Source: Collinsella sp.
Lineage (GTDB): Bacteria > Actinomycetota > Coriobacteriia > Coriobacteriales > Coriobacteriaceae
Length of the DNA stretch: 64,000 bases
Direction: 5' to 3'
NCBI GenBank assembly: GCA_018370025.1
Contig: JAGZBF010000005.1
Location: 22,198 to 86,197, forward strand
Part shown: positions 27,839-37,670 of the stretch, one piece after another
Layout: each line of letters opens with the position of its first letter
How positions within the stretch are numbered: the stretch's first letter is position 1
Translations under genes and position numbers: made by a program
Notes under the pieces: generated by a model
What the model was told of the DNA's origin: nothing
Database searches by the model: none
Seen by the model: the letters and a program-made list of their open reading frames with translations, nothing else

Positions 27839-29602
27839 ATGGAGCAACTCATCGCCATCATCGAAAAGGGCCAGCCCTTTTTCAACGCGATCGCCCGCAA
27901 CAAGTACCTCAAGGCGATCCGCGACGGCTTTATCTCCGTCATCCCCATCATCATCTTCTCGTCCATCTTCTGCCTGGTAGCCTCGGTCCCCAACATCTGG
28001 GGTTTCTACTGGCCCGATGACATCAACAACGCCCTGTGGAAGTGCTACAACTACTCCATGGGCATCCTGGCCATCGCCTGCGCCGCCACCACGGCCAAGC
28101 ACTTCGCCGACGCTCAGAACCGCGATCTGCCCAAGAACAACCAGATCAACTTCATCTCGTGCATGTGCGCGGCCATCATCGGCTTCTTGCTCCTTTCGAG
28201 CGACACGATCGCCACGGACGCCGCCAGCGGTTTCAACACCACCTACCTTGGTTCCAAGGGCCTGCTGACCGCTTTCATCGCTGCGTTTGTGACTGGCATC
28301 ATCTACAAGTTCTTCATTAAGCGCAACATCACCGTCAAGATGCCCGAGCAGGTTCCGCCCAACATCTCGCAGACCTTTAAGGACATCATCCCCTTCTCCG
28401 TCTGCATCACCGTCTTTTGGGTTTTTGACATCGTCTTCCGCGCTGCTTTTGGCTTCTGCTTTGCCCAGGGTGTCATCCAGGTGTTCCAGCCCCTGTTCAC
28501 CGCTGCCGATGGCTACATCGGCCTCGCTGTGATCTACGGCGCCATGAGCCTCTTCTGGTTCGTGGGCGTCCACGGCCCCTCAATCGTCGAGCCCGCCATC
28601 GCCGCCGCTCTCGTTGCCAACATGACCGACAACCTGGCTGCGTTCCAGGCCGGCCAGCACGCTTCCGCTGTCCTGACCCAGGGTGCCCAGTACTTCGTCG
28701 TCTGCATGGGCGGCACCGGCGCCACGCTCGTCCTGGTCTTTATGTTCTGCTTCCTGGCCAAGTCTCAGGAGATGCGCGCCGTCGGTAAGGCCGCCATCGT
28801 CCCCGTCTGCTTTGCCGTCAACGAGCCGCTGCTGTTCGCCGCGCCCATCGTACTCAACCCCGTCTTCTTTGTCCCGTTTGTCTTTGCCCCGATCGCCAAC
28901 ATCTGGATCCTCAAGATCTTTATCGACTTCTTGGGCATGAACGGCTTTATGTACACCCTGCCTTGGACCGTCCCCGGCCCCATCGGCACCATCATGGGCC
29001 TGGGCTTCCAGCCGCTCGCCTTTGTGATGCTCGCCCTTATCCTGGTCGTCGACTTCGTTCTGTACTATCCGTTCTTCCGTGCCTATGACGCCCAGAAGTG
29101 CGCCGAGGAGGCCGAGATTTCCCAGGAGGAGCTCGCAGCCAAGAACGCCGAGAAGGCCGCTAAGCTCAACGATGCCTTCCAGGGCAAGGCTGACGCCAAG
29201 AGCGTTGCCGCCGGCGCTGCTGCCGAGGCCGTGAAGTCCGACGTCGCTCCCGCCGCCACCGAGGCAACGACCGCCAGCGACCTCAACGGCAAGCGCGTGC
29301 TCGTGCTCTGCCAGGGCGGCGGAACCTCGGGCCAGCTCGCCAACGCGCTGGCCAAGGCCGCCAAGGAGCGCGGCATCAATCTTGAGACCGCTGCCGAGGC
29401 CTATGGCAACCACGTGGACATGCTCCCCGACTTCGATCTGGTCGTCCTGGCCCCGCAGGCCGCCAGTTACCTGGCCGACCTGCAGAAGGACTGCGAGCGC
29501 GTGGGCAACAAGTGCGTCGCCTGCCGCGGTAAGCAGTACATCGAGCTTTCCCAAAACGGCGACAAGTCTCTCGCCTTCGTAAGCGAGCAACTCTCGAAGT
29601 AA
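27839..29602 (+). CDS. lacE: PTS lactose-type EIICB, paralog 1
   Basis: YLKAIRDGF, FWFVGVHG, GGTGAT, FAVNEP and the EIIB motif LVLCQGGGTS. Confidence 0.9.
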   Translation: MEQLIAIIEKGQPFFNAIARNKYLKAIRDGFISVIPIIIFSSIFCLVASVPNIWGFYWPDDINNALWKCYNYSMGILAIACAATTAKHFADAQNRDLPKNNQINFISCMCAAIIGFLLLSSDTIATDAASGFNTTYLGSKGLLTAFIAAFVTGIIYKFFIKRNITVKMPEQVPPNISQTFKDIIPFSVCITVFWVFDIVFRAAFGFCFAQGVIQVFQPLFTAADGYIGLAVIYGAMSLFWFVGVHGPSIVEPAIAAALVANMTDNLAAFQAGQHASAVLTQGAQYFVVCMGGTGATLVLVFMFCFLAKSQEMRAVGKAAIVPVCFAVNEPLLFAAPIVLNPVFFVPFVFAPIANIWILKIFIDFLGMNGFMYTLPWTVPGPIGTIMGLGFQPLAFVMLALILVVDFVLYYPFFRAYDAQKCAEEAEISQEELAAKNAEKAAKLNDAFQGKADAKSVAAGAAAEAVKSDVAPAATEATTASDLNGKRVLVLCQGGGTSGQLANALAKAAKERGINLETAAEAYGNHVDMLPDFDLVVLAPQAASYLADLQKDCERVGNKCVACRGKQYIELSQNGDKSLAFVSEQLSK

Positions 29603-29668
29603 GTAACGCTCAGGGCCAGCCGACCATCCAAGACCGGCTGGCCCTTCGATTTAGACGATTGGATCATC

Positions 29669-31108
29669 ATGTCCGTTAACCCTGCTAGCGTCACCAACCC
29701 GCCTGCGCAGTTTCCCGAGGACTTTGTCTTTGGCGGCGCTACCGCTGCCTACCAGGTAGAGGGCGAGACCCGCACCCATGGTAAAGGCAAAGTCGCCTGG
29801 GACGACTTCCTGGAGGCCCAGGGGCGCTTCTCCCCCGATCCCGCTTCGGACTTCTACAACCAGTACCCCGTCGATTTGGAGCTGTGCGAGGAGTTCGGCA
29901 TCAACGGCATTCGCCTCTCTATCGCCTGGAGCCGCATCTTCCCCAACGGTACCGGTGAGATTAACCCCGAGGGCGTGCAGTTCTATCACGACCTCTTCGC
30001 CGAGTGCCATAAGCACCACGTTGAGCCGTTTGTCACGCTGCATCACTTTGACACGCCGCTGTCCCTCTTTGAGAAGGGCGACTTCCTCAACCGCGAGACC
30101 ATCGACGCCTTTGTGGACTTTGCTACCTTCTGCTTTAAGGAGTACGCCGACCAGGTGACCTACTGGTTCACCTTTAACGAGATCTGGGCCGACGCCTCCA
30201 ACACCTACATCGAGGGCACCTTCCCCGGTGGCGTCAAGGCGCATCTGGCCGAGGCCTTCCAGTGCGAGCACAACATGATGCTCGCCCACGCCAAGGCCGT
30301 GCTGGCCTTCCACAACGGCGGCTTTAAGGGCAAGATCGGCGTCATTCAGTCGCTGGAGTTTAAGTATCCGCTCAACGAGAACGACCCCGCCGACATCAAG
30401 GCCGCCAACAACGAGCACGTGCTGCAAAACCAGTTCTTGCTCGACGCCACCTTCCGCGGCGACTATGCGCCCGACACCCTCGAGTGCGCCAACCGCCTGG
30501 CTGCCGTCTCGGGCGGCACCATCGAGATCCTAGACGAGGATCTGGAAATCATGCGCGAGGCCGCGCTCTACAACGACTACCTGGGCGTTAACAACTACCA
30601 GTGCCGTTTCTTGAAGGCTTACGATGGCGAGAACGACCTGCACCACAACGGTACGGGCGAGAAGGGCACCGGCCGCTGGCGCGTCAAGGGCATTGGCGAG
30701 CACGTGAACAAGCCTGGCATCCCCACCACCGACTGGGACTGGATCATCTATCCCGAGGGTCTGTTCGATCTGCTCGTCTACATTAAGCAGCGCTACCCCA
30801 ACTACAAGCAGATCTTCATCACCGAGAACGGCATGGGCTACAAGGACCCCTACAAGGACGGTTTTGTGGACGACCAGCCGCGCATCGACTACATCGAGCA
30901 GCACCTGCGCTGGTTGCTCAAGGCCATGGAGGTGGGCGTCAACGTGGGCGGCTACTTCCTGTGGAGCCTGCAGGATCAGTTCTCCTGGACCAATGGCTAC
31001 AACAAGCGTTACGGCTTCTTCTACGTTGACTTTGAAACCCAGAAGCGCACACCCAAGGCAAGCGCATACTGGTATAAGCACGTGGCGCAGACCCGTCGTC
31101 TGGACTAG
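29669..31108 (+). CDS. lacG: 6-phospho-beta-galactosidase (GH1), paralog 1
   Basis: GGATAAYQVEG, TFNE, ITENG and FSWTNGYNKRYG. Confidence 0.9.
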   Translation: MSVNPASVTNPPAQFPEDFVFGGATAAYQVEGETRTHGKGKVAWDDFLEAQGRFSPDPASDFYNQYPVDLELCEEFGINGIRLSIAWSRIFPNGTGEINPEGVQFYHDLFAECHKHHVEPFVTLHHFDTPLSLFEKGDFLNRETIDAFVDFATFCFKEYADQVTYWFTFNEIWADASNTYIEGTFPGGVKAHLAEAFQCEHNMMLAHAKAVLAFHNGGFKGKIGVIQSLEFKYPLNENDPADIKAANNEHVLQNQFLLDATFRGDYAPDTLECANRLAAVSGGTIEILDEDLEIMREAALYNDYLGVNNYQCRFLKAYDGENDLHHNGTGEKGTGRWRVKGIGEHVNKPGIPTTDWDWIIYPEGLFDLLVYIKQRYPNYKQIFITENGMGYKDPYKDGFVDDQPRIDYIEQHLRWLLKAMEVGVNVGGYFLWSLQDQFSWTNGYNKRYGFFYVDFETQKRTPKASAYWYKHVAQTRRLD

Positions 31109-31215
31109 TGACTGGCGGGGTTGCCCGCTCACATAACCTGTCCCCATTTCTCAGCCGGGGGCGGCACGTCACACGGCGCGCCGCCCCCGGCCTTTTTTGG
31201 GCGGACCGTGTCGCA

Positions 31216-31363
31216 CGTTTGTCTCGATCTGTAACATCTAGCCGAGTTTTTTGGTCCTAGCTGTTACAGATTGAGACGAACAGGATTGCTCTTTCCGAAG
31301 AATCTAAATCTGTAACACGTAGCCCGCTTTTGACCGTCTACCTGTTACAAATCGAGACAAACG
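31216..31363. repeat. Repeat family B: two tandem hairpins, TCTCAATCTGTAACA-N~25-TGTTACAGATTGAGAC
   Basis: The same doublet occurs at 36227-36371 and 41032-41173. Confidence 0.85.
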
Positions 31364-31372
31364 GAGTAGGAC

Positions 31373-32401
31373 CTAACCCCGCATGTCCCTAACAGTCGAG
31401 CGTTCGACCAGCGTACTCGGCACATGAATCGCCTCGATAGACGAGCTCTCTCCAATCGCCGCCTCAAACGCAAGCTTACCGACACCGCGCAAATCAAATC
31501 GCAGCGTCGTCAGTCGATTGTGAGGAACAAGTCCCTCGAGTGCGTCGTCGATACCAACCACGCTCACGTCGTCGGGCACGGACAGGCCCGCGTTCTCGAG
31601 CGCGGCGATAACGCCCAGCGCCATCTGGTCATTTGCCGCAAGCACGGCAGTCGGCGCCTGCGACCCGCCGGCAAGCACCTCGGCCGCAATCCGCTCGCCC
31701 ATGGCGTACCCACTGTCCGCACTCCAATCGCCACGCAGCATCGGAGCGGCATCGACATGAGCACGACCCAGCGTATCGCGCCAACCGGCCTCACGAAAAC
31801 GCGAGGAAATCGAGTTTTCCGGACCCGCCACAAACCGCATATTCGAGTGACCATGTTCCAGCAGATAATTGGTCAACAGCTCGCACGAACCATACTGGTC
31901 GGAGTCGATCGTCGTGCAGCGCGGATGCGCATACATGGACAGGATGACCGTTCGCACTCCCGGCTGGGGAACAAACTCCTCAAAATCGGGAGCCATGCGG
32001 TTCATGTTGAGAATCATGCCGTCGACGGGTCGCTCGACCATGCGGCGCGAGGCATCGGCAAGTGTATAGGGCTTGTCGCCGCCCATCTCGATCATAGTGA
32101 CGGCAAAATCGTGCTCGCGCGCCGCTTGCATGATACCCTCGAGCGTCGCCAGGTTACCGACACGTGTGATGTTGTACATGCACAGGCCAATAGAACGATA
32201 CGACCCGCCGCGCAACGCCGCTCCAGCAAAATTGGGACGAAAGCCCAGCTCTTCCATGGCGGCCAGCACACGCTTGCGCGTCTTTTCCGTCACGTTGGGC
32301 ACACCGTTGACCACGCGAGACACAGTCTGGCGGCTCACGCCAGCGAGCGCCGCAACCTCTGCCGCGCTCGCCGAATGACCATTCCTTGTCTGCTGAGCCA
32401 T
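31373..32401 (-). CDS. LacI-family repressor, module 2
   Basis: AAEVAALAGVSRQTVSRV HTH; start at MAQQTR. Confidence 0.9.
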   Translation of the reverse strand: MAQQTRNGHSASAAEVAALAGVSRQTVSRVVNGVPNVTEKTRKRVLAAMEELGFRPNFAGAALRGGSYRSIGLCMYNITRVGNLATLEGIMQAAREHDFAVTMIEMGGDKPYTLADASRRMVERPVDGMILNMNRMAPDFEEFVPQPGVRTVILSMYAHPRCTTIDSDQYGSCELLTNYLLEHGHSNMRFVAGPENSISSRFREAGWRDTLGRAHVDAAPMLRGDWSADSGYAMGERIAAEVLAGGSQAPTAVLAANDQMALGVIAALENAGLSVPDDVSVVGIDDALEGLVPHNRLTTLRFDLRGVGKLAFEAAIGESSSIEAIHVPSTLVERSTVRDMRG

Positions 32402-32461
32402 GCCTTCCACGCTAACCTGCTTCCCAACTATTCCCCGCGCCCATGGCGCATCGTACATACA

Positions 32462-32631
32462 TCGATAACGTGCTCATGATACCCGAGCCATATACCACAA
32501 CATGAAAACTTCTGTCAATCAAAACCGCTTACCGAACAAATACAACCGTTCGCGGCTGTTTGAAGTTGTTTTGTTTCTATACATCCCAGCCGGATGTTAA
32601 CGTGCTCATTGTCAAATGTTCACGTGCTCAT
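32462..32631. promoter_or_regulatory. Three LacI-type operators, consensus ATGTTAACGTGCTCAT
   Basis: Copies at 32462-32477, 32594-32609 and 32616-32631. Confidence 0.75.
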
Positions 32632-32745
32632 TTTGGTTCTAATCATTTTAAGATAGTGTTTATCGGGCTTTTTCACCGCTGAACGCTAACCAGGGAGCCT
32701 CCTGAGCGCAAACGCACAATATCGAACAGCGAGACGAGAGGGTGT

Positions 32746-34194
32746 ATGCATATGTCTTTGCTAAACCGCGTACAGCAGCTGCCGAAGGGCTTTGTTTGGG
32801 GCGCCGCAACCGCCGCGTACCAAACGGAAGGTTCCACGAAGGTGGCAGGCAAGGGTAAGACCATGTGGGACGATTACCTTGTCGCCCAGGGTCGCTTTTT
32901 GCCCGACCCGGCCAGTGATTTCTACAACCGCTACGAGGAGGATATCCGCCTTTCTGCCGAGCATGGACTCAACGCCATCCGTGTGTCCATCGCCTGGACC
33001 CGCATCTTCCCCAACGGCGACGATGCCGAGCCCCTCGCCGAGGGCGTTAAGCACTACCACGAGCTGTTCGCCTGCTGCAAAAAGTATGGCGTCGAGCCCT
33101 ATGTGTCCCTGCATCACTTTGACTCCCCCGCCGCCCTGTTCAACCAGGGCGACTGGCTCAACCGCAAGACCGTCGACGCCTATGTGCGCTATGCCGAGTT
33201 CTGCTTCCGCGAGTTCCGCGAGGTCAAGAATTGGTTCACCATCAACGAGCTCATCAGCCTCTCGCACTCCCAATACATCCAAGGCAACTTCCCGCCCAAC
33301 CATCACTTTGATGTGACGAGCGGCATCCAGAGCCAGCACAACGAGCTCGTTGCCCACGCCCGCGCCGTCAACCTGTATAAGGATCTTGACGAGACCGAGC
33401 ACCTGGGCGGACGCATTGGCATGGTCAACGTCCTGACGCCGGCATATCCTGCCACAGACTCGCCCGCCGACCAGCACGCCGCCGACCTGTACAACGCCTT
33501 CTACACCGACTTCATCATGGACGGCGCCTTCCTGGGTCACTACTCCGCGCGCACCCTCTCACTCATCAACGAGATTCTGCGTGCCAACAACGCCACGCTT
33601 ACGGTTGAGGACAGCGACATGGAGGAGCTCGCCAAGGCGGCGCCCCGCAACGATATGTTCGGCCTCAACTACTATCAGTCGGCGTTTATCGCCGCCTACG
33701 ATGGCGAGTCCACCAACAGCTTTAACGGCACCGGAGACAAGGGCACCTCGTGCTTTAAGTTTAAGGGCGTCGGGCAGCAGGTCGATATGCCGGGTATCCC
33801 CACCACCGACTGGGATTGGCTCATCTACCCGCAAGGCCTCTACGACACGCTCAAGCACATCAGCGCCACCTATCCCAACCTCCCCGTCATCTATATCACC
33901 GAAAACGGCCTGGGCCACAAGGACCCCGAGCCCGGCGCAAACGGCATCGTCACCGATCCCGAGCGCATCGACTTTGTCGACCAGCACATGGAGAAGGTGC
34001 TCCGGGCGCGCGCCGAGGGCGTCGACGTCCAGGGCTACTTTATCTGGAGCCTGCAGGACCAGTTCTCGTGGGCCAACGGCTATAACAAGCGCTACGGCCT
34101 GTTCTACATCGACTTCGACACGCAAAAACGCTACATCAAGCAGTCGGCACTCTGGTACAAGGAGCTCGCCGACACTATGGCGGACGCGCAGTAG
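32746..34194 (+). CDS. lacG: 6-phospho-beta-galactosidase (GH1), paralog 2
   Basis: WGAATAAYQTEG, TINE, ITENG and FSWANGYNKRYG. Confidence 0.88.
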   Translation: MHMSLLNRVQQLPKGFVWGAATAAYQTEGSTKVAGKGKTMWDDYLVAQGRFLPDPASDFYNRYEEDIRLSAEHGLNAIRVSIAWTRIFPNGDDAEPLAEGVKHYHELFACCKKYGVEPYVSLHHFDSPAALFNQGDWLNRKTVDAYVRYAEFCFREFREVKNWFTINELISLSHSQYIQGNFPPNHHFDVTSGIQSQHNELVAHARAVNLYKDLDETEHLGGRIGMVNVLTPAYPATDSPADQHAADLYNAFYTDFIMDGAFLGHYSARTLSLINEILRANNATLTVEDSDMEELAKAAPRNDMFGLNYYQSAFIAAYDGESTNSFNGTGDKGTSCFKFKGVGQQVDMPGIPTTDWDWLIYPQGLYDTLKHISATYPNLPVIYITENGLGHKDPEPGANGIVTDPERIDFVDQHMEKVLRARAEGVDVQGYFIWSLQDQFSWANGYNKRYGLFYIDFDTQKRYIKQSALWYKELADTMADAQ

Positions 34195-34370
34195 CGCATC
34201 GCCTCGCTTTCTCCCGAGAGGGGAGCGACCCTATGCGATACAAACCCAGCCGCTCCCCTCTCTCCCCCTGGGACCGACCCCGCCTGCACCCGGGCTTTTA
34301 GCAAGCGGGAGACCATATAGGTTTTCAACGTCCATGCCATTAAGATTTCATGCAAAGAGGAGCGTGAACT

Positions 34371-36131
34371 ATGGAATCGATCGTTAAGTTCTTGGAGAAA
34401 GGTCAGCCGTACTTCGACAAGGTCTCTAAGAACATCTACCTTCAGGCCATTAAAGACGGCTTTTTGGCAGCAATGCCCATCATCCTGTCTTCTTCTGTCT
34501 TCCTGCTTATTTCGACCCTGCCGGGCGTTGTCGCCACGGTCGGCGGCTTTACGCTGCCCGACTGGTGGAACGTCGACGTCGTGAACTTCTGCAACAAGGT
34601 TTACAACTTCACGATGGGCGTCGTGGGCATCATGGTCGCCGGCACCACCGCAAGCGCGCTGACCGGCTCCAAGAACCGCCGCATGCCTGCCGGCAAGGCC
34701 ATCAACGCCACGAGCACCATGGTCGCCGCCATGTGCGCTATGCTCATCTTGGCCGTTACCCAGACGAGTGCCAAGATCGACGGCGCCGATGTCTCGGTGT
34801 TCTTTACCGACAACATGGGCACCAAGGGCCTACTGAGCTCCTTTGTCGCCGCATTTGCCACGGTCAACATCTATGCCTTCTGCATTAAGCGAGACATCAC
34901 CATCAAGCTGCCCAAAGAAGTCCCCGGCGCCATCGCCCAGAACTTCCGCGACATCTTCGCCTTCAGCTTCTCCATCCTGTTTGTCGCCGTCATCGACGTT
35001 ATCTGCCGCACCTGCTTGGCCGTCCCGTTTGCCAACGTCATCTCCACGCTGGTGAGCCCGCTGTTCGCCGCTGCCGATTCCTACGCCGGCCTCGCCCTCA
35101 TCTGGTTCATGATCCCGCTGTTCTGGTTCATGGGCATCCACGGCCCCTCGGTCGTTAAGCCTGCCCTCAACGCCGCGCTGTTTGGCAACATCACCACCAA
35201 CCTCGCCACGCTGCAGGCCGGCGGTCACCCCGCCCTCGCCCTGACCGAGAACTTCGGTAACTACATCGGCGAACTCGGCGGCACCGGCGCCACGTTCATT
35301 GTCCCGATCATCTTCCTGCTCTTTATGCGCTCCAAGCAGCTCAAGGCCGTCGGCAAAGCCTCTGTCGTACCCGTGATGTTCGCCGTCAACGAGCCGCTGC
35401 TGTTCGCCGCGCCCATCATCCTCAACCCGTACTTCCTGATCCCGTTCCTGTTTGCCCCCGTGGCCAACGTCCTCATTGGTAAGTTCTTCATCGACTTTTT
35501 GGGCATGAACGGCTTTATCTATGCCATGCCGTGGGCACTCCCCGGACCGATCGGCACCTTCATCGACACCAACTTCCAGCCGATCTCTCTGGTCCTGGTT
35601 GTCGTCCTGCTGGTCGTTGACTTCTTGATCTACTACCCGTTCTGCAAGGCCTACGACAACGTCCTGTGCAAGCAGGAGGCCGAGACCCTGGCCGAAGAAG
35701 AGGCCGAGGAGACCAAGGCCGTCAAGACCGCTGCCGCCCCCGCCGTTGAGGCTCCTGTTGTCGAGACCGCTTCTGCCACCGAGGCCTCCGCAGCTCCGTC
35801 CGCCCTTAAGGGCAAGGATCTGAGGGTTCTGGTTCTGTGCGCTGGCGCCGGCACCTCTGCACTGCTCGCCAACGCGCTTAAGGAAGGCGCCGACGAGCTG
35901 GGCATCGACATTACCGCCAACGCCGGTGCCTACGGCAGCCACTACGCCATCATGGACCAGTACAACGTCATCGTCCTGGCTCCGCAGGTTCGCACCTATT
36001 ACAACGAGATGAAGGCCGACACCGACCGCCTGGGCATCACGCTGCTGTCGCCCAAGGGCAAACAGTACATCGACCTCACTAAGGATCCCAAGGGTGCCGT
36101 CGCCTGGATCGAGGAAAACCTCAAGGCATAA
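34371..36131 (+). CDS. lacE: PTS lactose-type EIICB, paralog 2
   Basis: YLQAIKDGF, FWFMGIHG and LVLCAGAGTS. Confidence 0.88.
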   Translation: MESIVKFLEKGQPYFDKVSKNIYLQAIKDGFLAAMPIILSSSVFLLISTLPGVVATVGGFTLPDWWNVDVVNFCNKVYNFTMGVVGIMVAGTTASALTGSKNRRMPAGKAINATSTMVAAMCAMLILAVTQTSAKIDGADVSVFFTDNMGTKGLLSSFVAAFATVNIYAFCIKRDITIKLPKEVPGAIAQNFRDIFAFSFSILFVAVIDVICRTCLAVPFANVISTLVSPLFAAADSYAGLALIWFMIPLFWFMGIHGPSVVKPALNAALFGNITTNLATLQAGGHPALALTENFGNYIGELGGTGATFIVPIIFLLFMRSKQLKAVGKASVVPVMFAVNEPLLFAAPIILNPYFLIPFLFAPVANVLIGKFFIDFLGMNGFIYAMPWALPGPIGTFIDTNFQPISLVLVVVLLVVDFLIYYPFCKAYDNVLCKQEAETLAEEEAEETKAVKTAAAPAVEAPVVETASATEASAAPSALKGKDLRVLVLCAGAGTSALLANALKEGADELGIDITANAGAYGSHYAIMDQYNVIVLAPQVRTYYNEMKADTDRLGITLLSPKGKQYIDLTKDPKGAVAWIEENLKA

Positions 36132-36226
36132 GACGCTGACGCCACCTGCCGCTCGCAGACAAAAAATGGCCCGTGCATCGATGCGTGATGCGCGGGCCAT
36201 TTTGTTTAGACCGCACCCGCCCTCCT

Positions 36227-36371
36227 GTTCATCTCAATCTGTAACATCTAGCCGAGTTTTTGGATCCTAGCTGTTACAGATCGAGACAAACAGAACGCCC
36301 GAGCAGAAATATCTCAATCTGTAATATTTAGCTGAGTTTTTCGGTCCTAACTGTTACAGATTGAGACGAAC
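36227..36371. repeat. Repeat family B doublet
   Basis: ATCTCAATCTGTAACA...CTGTTACAGATCGAGAC followed 70 bp later by a second copy. Confidence 0.85.
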
Positions 36372-36384
36372 GGGCCGAAAAACC

Positions 36385-37386
36385 CTACGCCCGCAGGTCC
36401 TTTACGCTGGAACGTTCGACCAACACGCCCGAGACGAGCGTACGGCTTCTGGAGCTCGGAGCTTCTAGGCCTGCAACGACCTCGTTGAGCGCACGGACGC
36501 CCAGCTCGCGGTGGCGAAACTTCACCGACGTCAGAATCGAGTTGGGAATCGTCTTGTAAAGCTCGTCATCAAAGCCGATCACGGACACATCATCGGGCAC
36601 ACTCAGACCCTTGTCACGTAGAGCCATCATCACGCCGTTTGCCATGCAGTCGTTAGCAGCGAGGACCGCCGTGCAATCGGGTTTATCGGCAAGCACAAGG
36701 CCAGCGGCATAGCCACTATCCGCATTCCAATCGCCTTGCAGAGGCTCGGGCGGCTCAATGCCACGCGCCTCGAGCGCCGCTCGCCAGCCTTTCATTCGGC
36801 ACTGGCTCGACAGCGACTCTTTCTTACCCGAAACGAAGTACACGTTCTTGTGCCCGTGGTTCAAGAAGTACTCGCACGCCATGCGCGCGCCGCCCTCTTG
36901 ATCGTCACTGACGGTGGAGCAGGTAGGATGTTCCATTGGTGTGATAATCACCGTCTTGAGGTCTTTCGGCGCCTCAAAGGTATCAAAGTCATCGACCATC
37001 TGACGCAGGTTGAAGATCATGCCATCAACAGGCAGCTGCGACATCCTGCGCGCCGCATCGGCAAGGGTCATCTTCTCCCCAGCGCGCTTTTTGATCATCG
37101 TGAGAGCAAAGCCTCGCTCTTCGGCGGCATCGGCGATACCGTCAATCATGTCCACGGCGCCGCCCGACAAGTGAAACATCACCACGCCGATGCACCCGTA
37201 ACGGCCCAACTTGAGTGAACGCGCGGCAAAGTTGGTTCGAAACCCGAGCGCCTCCATGGCCGCATGGACCTTATCGCGCGTCGACTCTCGCACGCTATCA
37301 GGCTCGTTGATCACGCGCGACACCGTCTTGAGAGAAACACCCGCGGCAACTGCCACATCGTTCATTGAGACATTTTTCTTGTCCAT
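36385..37386 (-). CDS. LacI-family repressor, module 3
   Basis: MNDVAVAAGVSLKTVSRV HTH; probable start at MDKKNV. Confidence 0.9.
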   Translation of the reverse strand: MDKKNVSMNDVAVAAGVSLKTVSRVINEPDSVRESTRDKVHAAMEALGFRTNFAARSLKLGRYGCIGVVMFHLSGGAVDMIDGIADAAEERGFALTMIKKRAGEKMTLADAARRMSQLPVDGMIFNLRQMVDDFDTFEAPKDLKTVIITPMEHPTCSTVSDDQEGGARMACEYFLNHGHKNVYFVSGKKESLSSQCRMKGWRAALEARGIEPPEPLQGDWNADSGYAAGLVLADKPDCTAVLAANDCMANGVMMALRDKGLSVPDDVSVIGFDDELYKTIPNSILTSVKFRHRELGVRALNEVVAGLEAPSSRSRTLVSGVLVERSSVKDLRA

Positions 37387-37526
37387 CGTTGCCACTACTT
37401 CTCCAGTCGGTTTTGCATCGCTTGTTTTTTGTGTTCTAGCATACACTACCTGCCCAACTGACAAATCAGCCGTTTATCGGACAATATCGACCGTTCACCC
37501 GTAAATCCTTGTTGCTCTTCCAAAAA

Positions 37527-37567
37527 TGTCTTACGTTGTCATTAACGAAATGACAACGTTGTCATTT
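37527..37567. promoter_or_regulatory. LacI-type operator AAATGACAACGTTGTCATTT plus an adjacent degenerate copy
   Basis: Perfect 20-bp palindrome at 37548-37567; TGTCTTACGTTGTCAT at 37527-37542. Confidence 0.75.
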
Positions 37568-37670
37568 CGCAATGCCTTCCTTACCCAGGAAGGTTTCCGG
37601 GCAGTCCTGACCATCCATCGACGACCAGTTCCATCCACATGCATCGCGCATCAAGCAGCAAAGGAGCTCT

